Made by a program: the position numbers and the translations under genes | Notes under the pieces: generated by a model | Told to the model about the DNA's origin: nothing | Databases searched by the model: none | The model's input: the letters and a program-made list of their open reading frames with translations, nothing else | Shown here: positions 8,971 through 16,189 of the stretch, piece by piece | How positions within the stretch are numbered: the stretch's first letter is position 1 | Layout of the letters: every line of letters begins with the position of its first letter | Assembly: GCA_046760985.1 (NCBI GenBank) | Contig: JBHIFE010000002.1 | Span: 1-32,209 of the forward strand | Reading direction: 5' to 3' | Origin: Dehalococcoidales bacterium | GTDB lineage: Bacteria; Chloroflexota; Dehalococcoidia; Dehalococcoidales; RBG-16-60-22 | DNA length: 32,209 bases

Positions 8971-9034
8971 CCTGTATACCTCCGGAAGCTGAAGCTAGCC
9001 GAATGTGCCACGCGTCATATTATGGGCATAATAA

Positions 9035-9048
9035 TTGACAATTGTCAA
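9035..9048. promoter_or_regulatory. Perfect 14-bp palindrome TTGACAATTGTCAA in the divergent kinase/otsA intergenic region. It could be back-to-back -35 boxes or an operator.
   Basis: Read directly. On the + strand: TTGACA-N18-TACTAT. On the - strand: TTGACA-N18-CATAAT. Confidence 0.4.
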
Positions 9049-9094
9049 GCTCCTGAGCTACTATTTTTGTGTATTCGGTTTCCCAGCCAACAAC

Positions 9095-9123
9095 TTGACA
9101 GCGATGCCTACTTTGATTACATT
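9095..9123 (+). promoter_or_regulatory. Candidate otsA promoter: TTGACA-N17-TACATT.
   Basis: TTGACA at 9095-9100 and TACATT at 9118-9123, about 50 nt upstream of ATG 9174. Confidence 0.4.
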
Positions 9124-9173
9124 TATAAAATTGAGGTTTAAAATAAATAGAAAGACCAAGGTGGGTAAGCCAA

Positions 9174-10658
9174 ATGGAAGATTTGAAATGGGATAAGGAC
9201 AGGTTATACCAGCTGGTACAGGGGAAATTGGGTGATTACTTATTTCTGGTAGCATCTAATCGGGAACCTTATATTCATACCATGTCTGGCGATGAGATAG
9301 TCTGTAATCGTCCGGTTAGTGGGCTGACTGAGGCTTTAGACCCGGTAATGCGTGCCTCAAAGGGAACCTGGATAGCCTATGGTAGTGGTGACGCTGATAG
9401 GAAAGTGGTTGATTCTCGTAATCGGGTTGCAGTTCCACCAGAAAAGCCGGAATACACTCTACGCCGGGTATGGCTAACCAAGCAGGAAGTAGAAGGCTTT
9501 TATCTTGGCTTCGCCAATGAAGCGTTGTGGCCACTATGTCATGTTACCTTTACCCCGCCCGTTTTTAGAGAATCTGACTGGGATACCTATAAGAAGGTGA
9601 ACCAAATATTTGCTGAAGCGATTCTCCAAGAGGTAGCTGATCGCAAGGCGGTAGTATTGGTTCAAGACTACCACTTTGCTCTGCTTTCCCGCCTAATTAA
9701 ACAGCAGAAGCCGGGGTTGACTGTAGGTCAGTTCTGGCACATCCCCTGGCCAACCTATGAGATATTCCGGACTTGTCCGTGGCAGGAGGAGATATTGGAT
9801 GGCTTACTGGGTAATGACCTGCTCGGTTTTCATACTCAATCTTATTGCAACAATCTATTGGAATCGGTGGAGCATACTCTGGAAGCTAAGATAGACCGGG
9901 ATAGATCTGCCGTAACCTACCGAGGTAGGACTACTCTGGTGCAGCCGTTTCCAATCAGTGTTGACTTTGAGCGACTTTCCCAGGAAGCGGAAACTGAGGT
10001 GGTGGCGAAAGAGATGGAGAGCCTGCGCCATGAACTTGATTTAGAGGGGAAATATGTTGGCATCGGCATGGACCGAATAGATTACACCAAAGGTATACCG
10101 GAGAGGTTGCTGGCACTGGACAAATTCTTTGCCGATTTTCCTTCCTATAGGGGGAAGGTGGTCTTCATCCAAGCTGGTATGCCTAGCCGAACCCAAATTG
10201 AGAGCTATCAGAACATTAACCAGAGGATTGAAGACCTTATGAAGAGCATAAATGATAAATACGGTAATGGTTCTTGGAAACCAGTAATTCCGATGACCAG
10301 GCAGCTGGCTCCGGCAACATTAGCCGCCTTACGCCGACTAGCCAACTTTTGTGTGGTCAGTTCACTCCACGACGGCATGAATCTGGTGGCAAAGGAGTTT
10401 GTCTCCTCCCGGGTTGATGGTGACGGGGTTTTAATCTTAAGCCAATTCACCGGAGCCGTGGATGAAATGCCACAGGCTCTCTTAATCAATCCCTATGCCA
10501 TCAATGAATTTGCTAAGAAGATAAAAGAAGCGATAGAGATGCCGGAGGCGGAAAGGCGGCGACGAATGAAATCTATGCGGGAAACTGTAGCCAACAATAA
10601 CATCTACCGATGGGGGGCTTCTACTGTTTTTAGGCTAATCTCAATTGCGGGGCTCTAG
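9174..10658 (+). CDS. otsA: Trehalose-6-phosphate synthase (GT20 family).
   Basis: 494 aa with GT20 motifs: FANEALWPLCH, VQDYHF, GMDRIDYTKGI, and SLHDGMNLVAKEF. SD AAGGTGGG. Confidence 0.9.
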   Translation: MEDLKWDKDRLYQLVQGKLGDYLFLVASNREPYIHTMSGDEIVCNRPVSGLTEALDPVMRASKGTWIAYGSGDADRKVVDSRNRVAVPPEKPEYTLRRVWLTKQEVEGFYLGFANEALWPLCHVTFTPPVFRESDWDTYKKVNQIFAEAILQEVADRKAVVLVQDYHFALLSRLIKQQKPGLTVGQFWHIPWPTYEIFRTCPWQEEILDGLLGNDLLGFHTQSYCNNLLESVEHTLEAKIDRDRSAVTYRGRTTLVQPFPISVDFERLSQEAETEVVAKEMESLRHELDLEGKYVGIGMDRIDYTKGIPERLLALDKFFADFPSYRGKVVFIQAGMPSRTQIESYQNINQRIEDLMKSINDKYGNGSWKPVIPMTRQLAPATLAALRRLANFCVVSSLHDGMNLVAKEFVSSRVDGDGVLILSQFTGAVDEMPQALLINPYAINEFAKKIKEAIEMPEAERRRRMKSMRETVANNNIYRWGASTVFRLISIAGL

Positions 10659-11458
10659 TGCAATATCTTTTTCAGGCATGGGAATCTTTTTCATCTGACT
10701 TCAGAGCTGCTTCTCACATTTTGCTTCTCTCAGACTATGATGGCACATTGACTCCGATTGTTGGGCGACCCGATGAGGCAATACTGTCGTCCGAGGTCAG
10801 GGAGAAACTTTGTGCCTTGGTTGAAAAACCAACTTTCAGCGTGGGTGTTATCAGCGGGCGTTCACTTTCGGAGATCAAGATGATGGTGGGAATAGAAGGA
10901 ATTTACTACGCCGGAAACCACGGACTTGAAATAGAAGGTCCTCATCTCAAGTTAATTAATCCGGTGGCTGAAGCAACTCAGACAGAAATAAGAAACCTGG
11001 CTAGGCAGTTCTCAGCCAAATTAAGTAGTACCGAGGGGGTCATTGTTGAGGACAAGGGATTGAGCTTGAGTGTCCACTATCGCTTGGTCAAAGAAAGCGA
11101 GGTAGACGGAGTCGTCCAGATTTTTCACCAAATCACTTCGCCACTACTCCGGAAGGGGAAAATCAGGGTTACCTCAGGGAAAAAGGTCTGGGAAGTTAGG
11201 CCGCCGGTAGATTGGCACAAAGGGAAGGCGGTAGAGACAATAATAAAAGGATTAAAGTCAGTCCTTAAGCCGGGGCAATTGCTAACTATCTATCTGGGTG
11301 ATGATACCACTGATGAAGACGCCTTTAGAATTATTCACCGTCCACAGGGGTGGAGCATTTTTGTTGGTCCGGAAAATCCGTCGTCAAATGCTGATTACTT
11401 CTTGGGTTCTACCTCAGAGGTGATGACCTTTTTTTCTCGGCTGCTCGGGTTACGATAA
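10658..11458 (+). CDS. otsB: Trehalose-6-phosphate phosphatase (HAD superfamily).
   Basis: 266 aa with HAD motif I LLLSDYDGTLTP and motif IV YLGDDTTDEDAF. The GTG start overlaps the otsA stop (TAGTG). Confidence 0.88.
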   Translation: MQYLFQAWESFSSDFRAASHILLLSDYDGTLTPIVGRPDEAILSSEVREKLCALVEKPTFSVGVISGRSLSEIKMMVGIEGIYYAGNHGLEIEGPHLKLINPVAEATQTEIRNLARQFSAKLSSTEGVIVEDKGLSLSVHYRLVKESEVDGVVQIFHQITSPLLRKGKIRVTSGKKVWEVRPPVDWHKGKAVETIIKGLKSVLKPGQLLTIYLGDDTTDEDAFRIIHRPQGWSIFVGPENPSSNADYFLGSTSEVMTFFSRLLGLR

Positions 11459-12475
11459 AGGTTTAGGCAGGCTGAGGGCGCACTGTCTCATCTGCTTCGC
11501 AGTGTGCTCTGGTAGTGCCGTAGTTATATAGATACCTGAGCCCATTTCAAAGCCGGCAATGGTAGTTAACCTTGGCACTATTCTGATATGCCAGTGATAA
11601 TATGGATCCTCTTCGTCCATTGTAGTTGAGGTATCAATCATAAGGTTGAAGGCGGGATTATCAAGCTCATGATGTAAGCAGAGAAGGGTATCCTTCAATG
11701 TCTTGGCTAGTTCGGGTAAGTACATGTCTGGGTACAGACCAAAAGAGGCATAATGCTCTTTGGGAATAATCCAGGTCTCATATGGAACGCGCGAAGCGTA
11801 AGGATGGAGGACAATGAATTGGTCATTATCGGCAACGATTCTTTTTCCCCTCCCTAGCTCCTCAGCGACCAAATCACAGTAAAGGCAACTACCCATATCA
11901 ACATAATAATTGTGGGCGACATCAAATTTCCGGTGGTAGTAAGTAGCTATGATAGGTGTTGCCACTAGTTGGGAGTGGGGATGTATCAAAGATGTTCCCG
12001 ATGCCCAACCGTGATTCTTAAAAATAGTAATGAACTGGAATCGCCGATTTTTCTTCAAGGTATTGTATCTTTCCAGATAGGCTATCAGCACCTTTTCTAC
12101 CTGCTCATATGACATTAACGCCATCGGCATATTATGAGACGGCGTTTCTATGATTACCTCATGTATGCCAAAACCTTCCATTCTGCGGAAAAAGTGTCCA
12201 CTTCCTATCCTAGTAATATCCTCCCCGGGTATTAGTGCGGCGAACCGGTTAGGTACTACTCTCACCTCCCAACTTGAAGATTCGGCGGCTAAGGGAAGGC
12301 GGAAAACTTCATCAGGTGTTTGACTTTCGTTGCCCGGGCAAAAGGGACAGGAGGCATCCCAATTGGGTAACTCATTGACACGCCTCATTTTTGGTCTGTG
12401 CTGAGGGCGTTTAGCTCTTTCTGGGGCTATTATCACCCATGCTTTGGTGGTGGGGTCTTGTCTCAGTTCTGACAT
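11450..12475 (-). CDS. galT: GalT-family HIT nucleotidyltransferase (galactose-1-phosphate uridylyltransferase / ADP-glucose phosphorylase-like). Its specificity is unknown.
   Basis: 341 aa with the Zn motif CPFCPGNE and the HIT-like active site HPHSQL. Its 3' end overlaps the otsB 3' end by 9 nt (convergent). It lies 50 nt downstream of glgC. Confidence 0.8.
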   Translation of the reverse strand: MSELRQDPTTKAWVIIAPERAKRPQHRPKMRRVNELPNWDASCPFCPGNESQTPDEVFRLPLAAESSSWEVRVVPNRFAALIPGEDITRIGSGHFFRRMEGFGIHEVIIETPSHNMPMALMSYEQVEKVLIAYLERYNTLKKNRRFQFITIFKNHGWASGTSLIHPHSQLVATPIIATYYHRKFDVAHNYYVDMGSCLYCDLVAEELGRGKRIVADNDQFIVLHPYASRVPYETWIIPKEHYASFGLYPDMYLPELAKTLKDTLLCLHHELDNPAFNLMIDTSTTMDEEDPYYHWHIRIVPRLTTIAGFEMGSGIYITTALPEHTAKQMRQCALSLPKPLS

Positions 12476-12525
12476 GTTGTCTTTCGTCTCTTACTTTGAC
12501 TCACCAGCCGGTTTAATGTCTATAT

Positions 12526-13806
12526 CTATTGGCTAGGGCGGCGCCGCCTGGTGGTGATTGTTTCGCCACTCGGGACTTCAAGGCTGGGGAAATTATCTTC
12601 TGTCACATTACTGAATATGGCACAATTGCGACCTATCTTAGCCCCTTCAGGGATCTTAGCCCCCTTACCGATGACAGTTATTCCGCTGTTCAGCATGCTA
12701 GGTTCTTTGCGGTTAACCTGGAAATCATTGCCAAAACCAATATAAGAACCAGCGCCTACTTCTATCTCCTTGTCGAGGATTGAATAGTCAATTATACTAT
12801 CTCGACCAACAACGGTATCATTCATAATAATTGAGTTCTTAACTACGGCATTTTTAGCCACGCTAACTCCTGGTGAGAGGATTGAATGTTCCACGCGCCC
12901 CTCAATAATACAGCCGTTTGATATCATACTGTTAATAACATCACCTCGCTGAGCAATAATAGCTGGTGGTCTTTGCTCTTCTTGGGTGCGGATGGGCCAA
13001 TCAGCACTGAATCTGAGGGAGGGGGGGTCATCAAGTAGGTGCATATTAGCCTGCCAATAGCTTCGCACCGTGCCGACATCACGCCAGTATCCCTCAAAAA
13101 TATAGGCGAAAACATTGCCATTACCTACCAATCGGGGAAAGACGTTCCGACCAAAATCATGTTTAGAGGATCTACGTTGGGCATCATCTTCTAACCATCG
13201 GCGAAGGACATCCTTTTGGAAAAGGTAAACACCCATTGACACTAAATCGCTCTTTGGTTCTTTAACTTTTTCTTGGAAACCGGTCACTCGCCCTTCTTCA
13301 TCCACCATTACCGTGCCAAACTCATGTAGTTCCTCCTTGGGCAGGTGAGTAGCAGCTAGAGTAACCTCAGCCTGCTTCCTTTCGTGAAATTTGAACATAT
13401 CAGAGTAGTCCATTTTGTAAACATGGTCGCCGCTAAGGATTAGCACCTGCTCAGCATTCTGCTCCTCAATAAACTGTAAGTTTTGATAAACAGCGTCGGC
13501 AGTTCCCTTATACCAGCCACGGTTTTGGTCGCGAGCCAAATAAGGCTGTAGCAGCCGCATTCCGCCATCTGGGCGAGCTAAGCCCCAGGGCATGCCAACA
13601 CCAATGTGTTCAATTAGAGAGCGGGGCTGATATTGGGTCAGGACACTCAAATTGTAAATCCCGGAATTGACACAGTTGCTCAGGGTAAAATCTATGATAC
13701 GGTACTTACCAGCAAAGGGAATCGCCGGCTTGGTTCGCTCCCGGGCTAAGATGCCTAGCCGCTCACCCACACCTCCGGCTAAGATAATAGCCAACACATT
13801 GTCCAT
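12526..13806 (-). CDS. glgC: Glucose-1-phosphate adenylyltransferase (ADP-glucose pyrophosphorylase).
   Basis: 426 aa with [43 protein letters not shown] and a C-terminal left-handed beta-helix region. Confidence 0.92.
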   Translation of the reverse strand: MDNVLAIILAGGVGERLGILARERTKPAIPFAGKYRIIDFTLSNCVNSGIYNLSVLTQYQPRSLIEHIGVGMPWGLARPDGGMRLLQPYLARDQNRGWYKGTADAVYQNLQFIEEQNAEQVLILSGDHVYKMDYSDMFKFHERKQAEVTLAATHLPKEELHEFGTVMVDEEGRVTGFQEKVKEPKSDLVSMGVYLFQKDVLRRWLEDDAQRRSSKHDFGRNVFPRLVGNGNVFAYIFEGYWRDVGTVRSYWQANMHLLDDPPSLRFSADWPIRTQEEQRPPAIIAQRGDVINSMISNGCIIEGRVEHSILSPGVSVAKNAVVKNSIIMNDTVVGRDSIIDYSILDKEIEVGAGSYIGFGNDFQVNRKEPSMLNSGITVIGKGAKIPEGAKIGRNCAIFSNVTEDNFPSLEVPSGETITTRRRRPSQ

Positions 13807-13906
13807 CTAACCACCACCTACTCGGCTTTTTATACGGAAGTGCCATGTCATCAATAGCCGCTGTTATTTACCACACCATGCCCGTTTTAATGATTTTTGC
13901 TCGTTC

Positions 13907-13935
13907 ATATTATATCGGTTTCATGTATATGTCAA
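13907..13935 (-). promoter_or_regulatory. Candidate glgC promoter: TTGACA-N17-TAATAT on the minus strand.
   Basis: The minus-strand TTGACA is the + strand TGTCAA at 13930-13935. TAATAT is the + strand ATATTA at 13907-13912. This implies a leader of about 95 nt. Confidence 0.5.
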
Positions 13936-13990
13936 GTGCATCCTCGCCAAAAAGTGAAATTCGGGAAGCCGGGGCTGGTTTTTAGAATAT

Positions 13991-14021
13991 AAAAAAGGGA
14001 GCCGAGGTTACCTCGGCTCCC
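13991..14021 (-). terminator. Rho-independent terminator of hsp20.
   Basis: An 11-bp GC-rich stem GGGAGCCGAGG / CCTCGGCTCCC (13997-14021) with a 3-nt loop. On the minus strand it is followed by TTTTTT (13991-13996). It lies 23 nt past the hsp20 stop. Confidence 0.8.
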
Positions 14022-14043
14022 TTGTCTTCTCTCTACCTGAGTA

Positions 14044-14508
14044 CTACCGCACCTTGACCTTAACGGGCTTGCTCTTGGCTTCTTCAGCCTTGGGGAGCCT
14101 TAGCTTCAAAAGACCATCCTTGAAAGTAGCTGAGATTTGCTCGGCGTCAGCATGAAATGGCAGAGACAAGCGTCGAGTATACTGACCGAAGCACCGCTCA
14201 CAGGAATAATAGGTAGCCTCTTCAGCCACTTTCTCCTGTTTCTTCTCTGCCTTTATGGTGAGCACATCACCCTCAAGGCTGATGTTGAGATCCTTTTTCT
14301 TGACACCGGGGAACTCAGCCTTAATCACCAGCCCCTCTTTGTCCTCATACATATCCATTCTCGGAGTTAGGTTGGTGCTAAAGGTAACTGGCCAAGACTC
14401 CCAGATATCCCGCGCCATCCTCTCCATCTCATCAAGTAAACTGACGGGGCGATAGAAGGGCTCCACCGCGGTCAAGGCTCTGGTTGGTCTTCTTATAATG
14501 GCAACCAT
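14044..14508 (-). CDS. hsp20: Small heat-shock protein (Hsp20 / alpha-crystallin family).
   Basis: 154 aa with an alpha-crystallin core (DMYEDKEGLVIKAEFPGVKKKDLNISLEGDVLTIKAEK...F.R.LSLP...A.FKDGLL.L.LPK). A strong SD AGGAGG lies 6 nt upstream. Confidence 0.92.
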   Translation of the reverse strand: MVAIIRRPTRALTAVEPFYRPVSLLDEMERMARDIWESWPVTFSTNLTPRMDMYEDKEGLVIKAEFPGVKKKDLNISLEGDVLTIKAEKKQEKVAEEATYYSCERCFGQYTRRLSLPFHADAEQISATFKDGLLKLRLPKAEEAKSKPVKVKVR

Positions 14509-14783
14509 CGTAGACCTCCTTTCTTTTCATGTCTAATACTCTCTTTTTCCTCTTTAGTAGATAATTTTACTTTATAATGAGCTAGGTGTATGTAACTTTT
14601 ATCACAGGGTGGGAAGGGGGGATTTCTCTATCTTGCCCAAGAAAGGGACTGAAAATTGATTCTGTGCGTTCTGGCGGGGTCTTGATGGGTAAGCCTAGCC
14701 TAACAAAAAGCCTTTTCCCCGCTGGCTATTATCTACGGCAAAGTTGTAATATTATAAGACTAGAAAGGAAGGAGTAAACGGAA

Positions 14784-14972
14784 ATGCCAGCCTTGAGAGC
14801 TTTCTTCACCAATATGTTGGTGCCAATGCCTTTTCACCGAAAGTTGTATCTTGTCTTCCGCAACAATTTTATTAAAATAAGCAAAAGGCAGAACTGCTGT
14901 GGTCATCCCGGTGAACCTGGCTGTTGCGAAATAGCAGAATTATCTCCCAGTAAAGAGGAAAAGAGGGTTTAA
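14784..14972 (+). CDS. Small Cys-rich protein of unknown family.
   Basis: 62-aa ORF with SD GGAAGGAG 7-8 nt upstream of the ATG, a basic N-terminal half, and a CCGHPGEPGCC motif. Its stop TAA (14970-14972) is 3 nt before the desulforedoxin ATG. Confidence 0.55.
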   Translation: MPALRAFFTNMLVPMPFHRKLYLVFRNNFIKISKRQNCCGHPGEPGCCEIAELSPSKEEKRV

Positions 14973-14975
14973 GAC

Positions 14976-15098
14976 ATGACGGTTGAGAAAGTTGGTGAAA
15001 AATACCAGTGCAATATCTGTGGTAATGAGGTGGTGGTGACCAAGGTTGGTGGTGGTACGCTGGTTTGCTGTGGTGAGGACATGGAAAAAATCGGATAG
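14976..15098 (+). CDS. Desulforedoxin (stand-alone Fe(Cys)4 protein). It is below the ORF-track size cut-off.
   Basis: My own translation from ATG 14976 to TAG 15096-15098 gives MTVEKVGEKYQCNICGNEVVVTKVGGGTLVCCGEDMEKIG. The CxxC...CC ligand pattern and GGGTLVCCGEDM match the Desulfovibrio gigas desulforedoxin / Dfx N-terminal domain as I recall it. Confidence 0.85.
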   Translation: MTVEKVGEKYQCNICGNEVVVTKVGGGTLVCCGEDMEKIG

Positions 15099-15190
15099 AC
15101 CGACAGCGGACTAGGGAAAAAGCTGAGGAAGGTTCTACAATAAACTTCTTCGCTACTTTATTTTCATATTAGCAGGTGAAACAAGGATAA

Positions 15191-15219
15191 TTGTCCGCTA
15201 ATCTATCAGCATGTAGAAT
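15191..15219 (+). promoter_or_regulatory. Candidate promoter of the formyltransferase/nitrilase operon: TTGTCC-N17-TAGAAT.
   Basis: TTGTCC at 15191-15196 and TAGAAT at 15214-15219, about 40 nt upstream of ATG 15261. Confidence 0.4.
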
Positions 15220-15260
15220 ACAACTTGGAGATGGTTAACAATAATAAAAGAGGTTGGTGA

Positions 15261-16178
15261 ATGCGTATTGTTTTGATTGGGCAGGCAGCCTTTGGTGAGA
15301 AAGTTCTCCAGACATTAGTTGACCGGGGAGAAGAGGTGGTCGGAGTTTATACGGCTCCTGACATTCCGGGAAAGACAAACCCGCTTAAGCAATTGGCTCT
15401 TCAGTTAGGCATACCAACCTTTCAACCGGAAGACATGCGAGCTCCAGAGGTCTATGATGAGTATGCCAAACTGAAACCAGACCTAAACGTGATGGCTTAT
15501 GTAACCAGCATTATACCTGAGTCTATCTTAGATTACCCCAGGCTGGGGACAATTCAGTACCATCCCTCGCTACTCCCCAAACACCGAGGGGGCAGTGCCA
15601 TCAACTGGGCGATAATCAATGGTGAGACCAAGACAGGTATTACCATTTTCTGGCCGAACAAAGGGATAGATACCGGTCCCATCCTGTTGCAGAAGGAAGT
15701 GGAGATTTCTCCCGACGATACGGTGGGGTCGCTCTACTTTAATAAACTTTTTCCTTTAGGAATAGAGGCAATAGCTGAGAGCATTGAGTTAATTAAAAAA
15801 GGTGTGGCGCCGCGAATCCCTCAGAATGAATCGCAAGCTACTTACGAGGGACTTTGCACCGAAAAGGAAGCGATAATTAACTGGTTCCAGCCGGTAACCA
15901 AAATCTATAACCTTATTCGGGGCACTAATCCTCAACCGGGGGCAACAACCCGTTTTCAGGGCAAGGGGTTCAAAATCTTTGACTCAGAATTGCTTGCTGG
16001 TGCTGCCGGTGGCTTACCGGGCGAAATCATTGATATTACCAAAGAGGGATTTGTGGTGGCAGCTCCGGAGGGGGCTATACTTGTTAAGCGGGTGCAGCTA
16101 AAGGGTTTGCCTAAGATAGGGGCTGCCGAATTTGCCGGGCAAACAAGCTTGAAGATAGGCGACAAACTTGGCGAGTAG
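15261..16178 (+). CDS. Formyltransferase-family protein. It most resembles the N-terminal formyl-THF hydrolase/transferase domain of 10-formyltetrahydrofolate dehydrogenase rather than a typical Fmt.
   Basis: 305 aa with MRIVLIGQAAFGEKVL, YHPSLLPKHRGGSAINWAIINGETKTGITIFW, GIDTGPILLQKEVEI and ATYEG. It also has an Fmt-like C-terminal OB domain. Confidence 0.8.
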   Translation: MRIVLIGQAAFGEKVLQTLVDRGEEVVGVYTAPDIPGKTNPLKQLALQLGIPTFQPEDMRAPEVYDEYAKLKPDLNVMAYVTSIIPESILDYPRLGTIQYHPSLLPKHRGGSAINWAIINGETKTGITIFWPNKGIDTGPILLQKEVEISPDDTVGSLYFNKLFPLGIEAIAESIELIKKGVAPRIPQNESQATYEGLCTEKEAIINWFQPVTKIYNLIRGTNPQPGATTRFQGKGFKIFDSELLAGAAGGLPGEIIDITKEGFVVAAPEGAILVKRVQLKGLPKIGAAEFAGQTSLKIGDKLGE

Positions 16179-16189
16179 GAGGAATTGTC

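Noticed and set aside
14509-14600. A possible heat-shock control element (CIRCE, HAIR, ROSE or fourU thermometer) upstream of hsp20.
   Set aside because: There is no TTAGCACTC-N9-GAGTGCTAA or CTTGAGT-N7-ACTCAAG inverted repeat. The leader also has no U-rich stretch able to pair with the AGGAGG SD. I could not define a convincing promoter either.
14586-14777. A 63-aa ORF (GTG start) in the hsp20 / Cys-rich-ORF intergenic region.
   Set aside because: It has no SD and a non-ATG start, and its composition is unremarkable. The region is more plausibly a pair of divergent promoter/leader sequences. I also tried and failed to recognise a riboswitch there.
15125-15165. A hairpin GAGGAAG-N13-CTTCTTC followed by a T-rich stretch after the desulforedoxin gene, considered as a terminator.
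   Set aside because: The stem is only 7 bp with a G-U pair, the loop is 13 nt, and the T-tract is interrupted. It is too weak to call.
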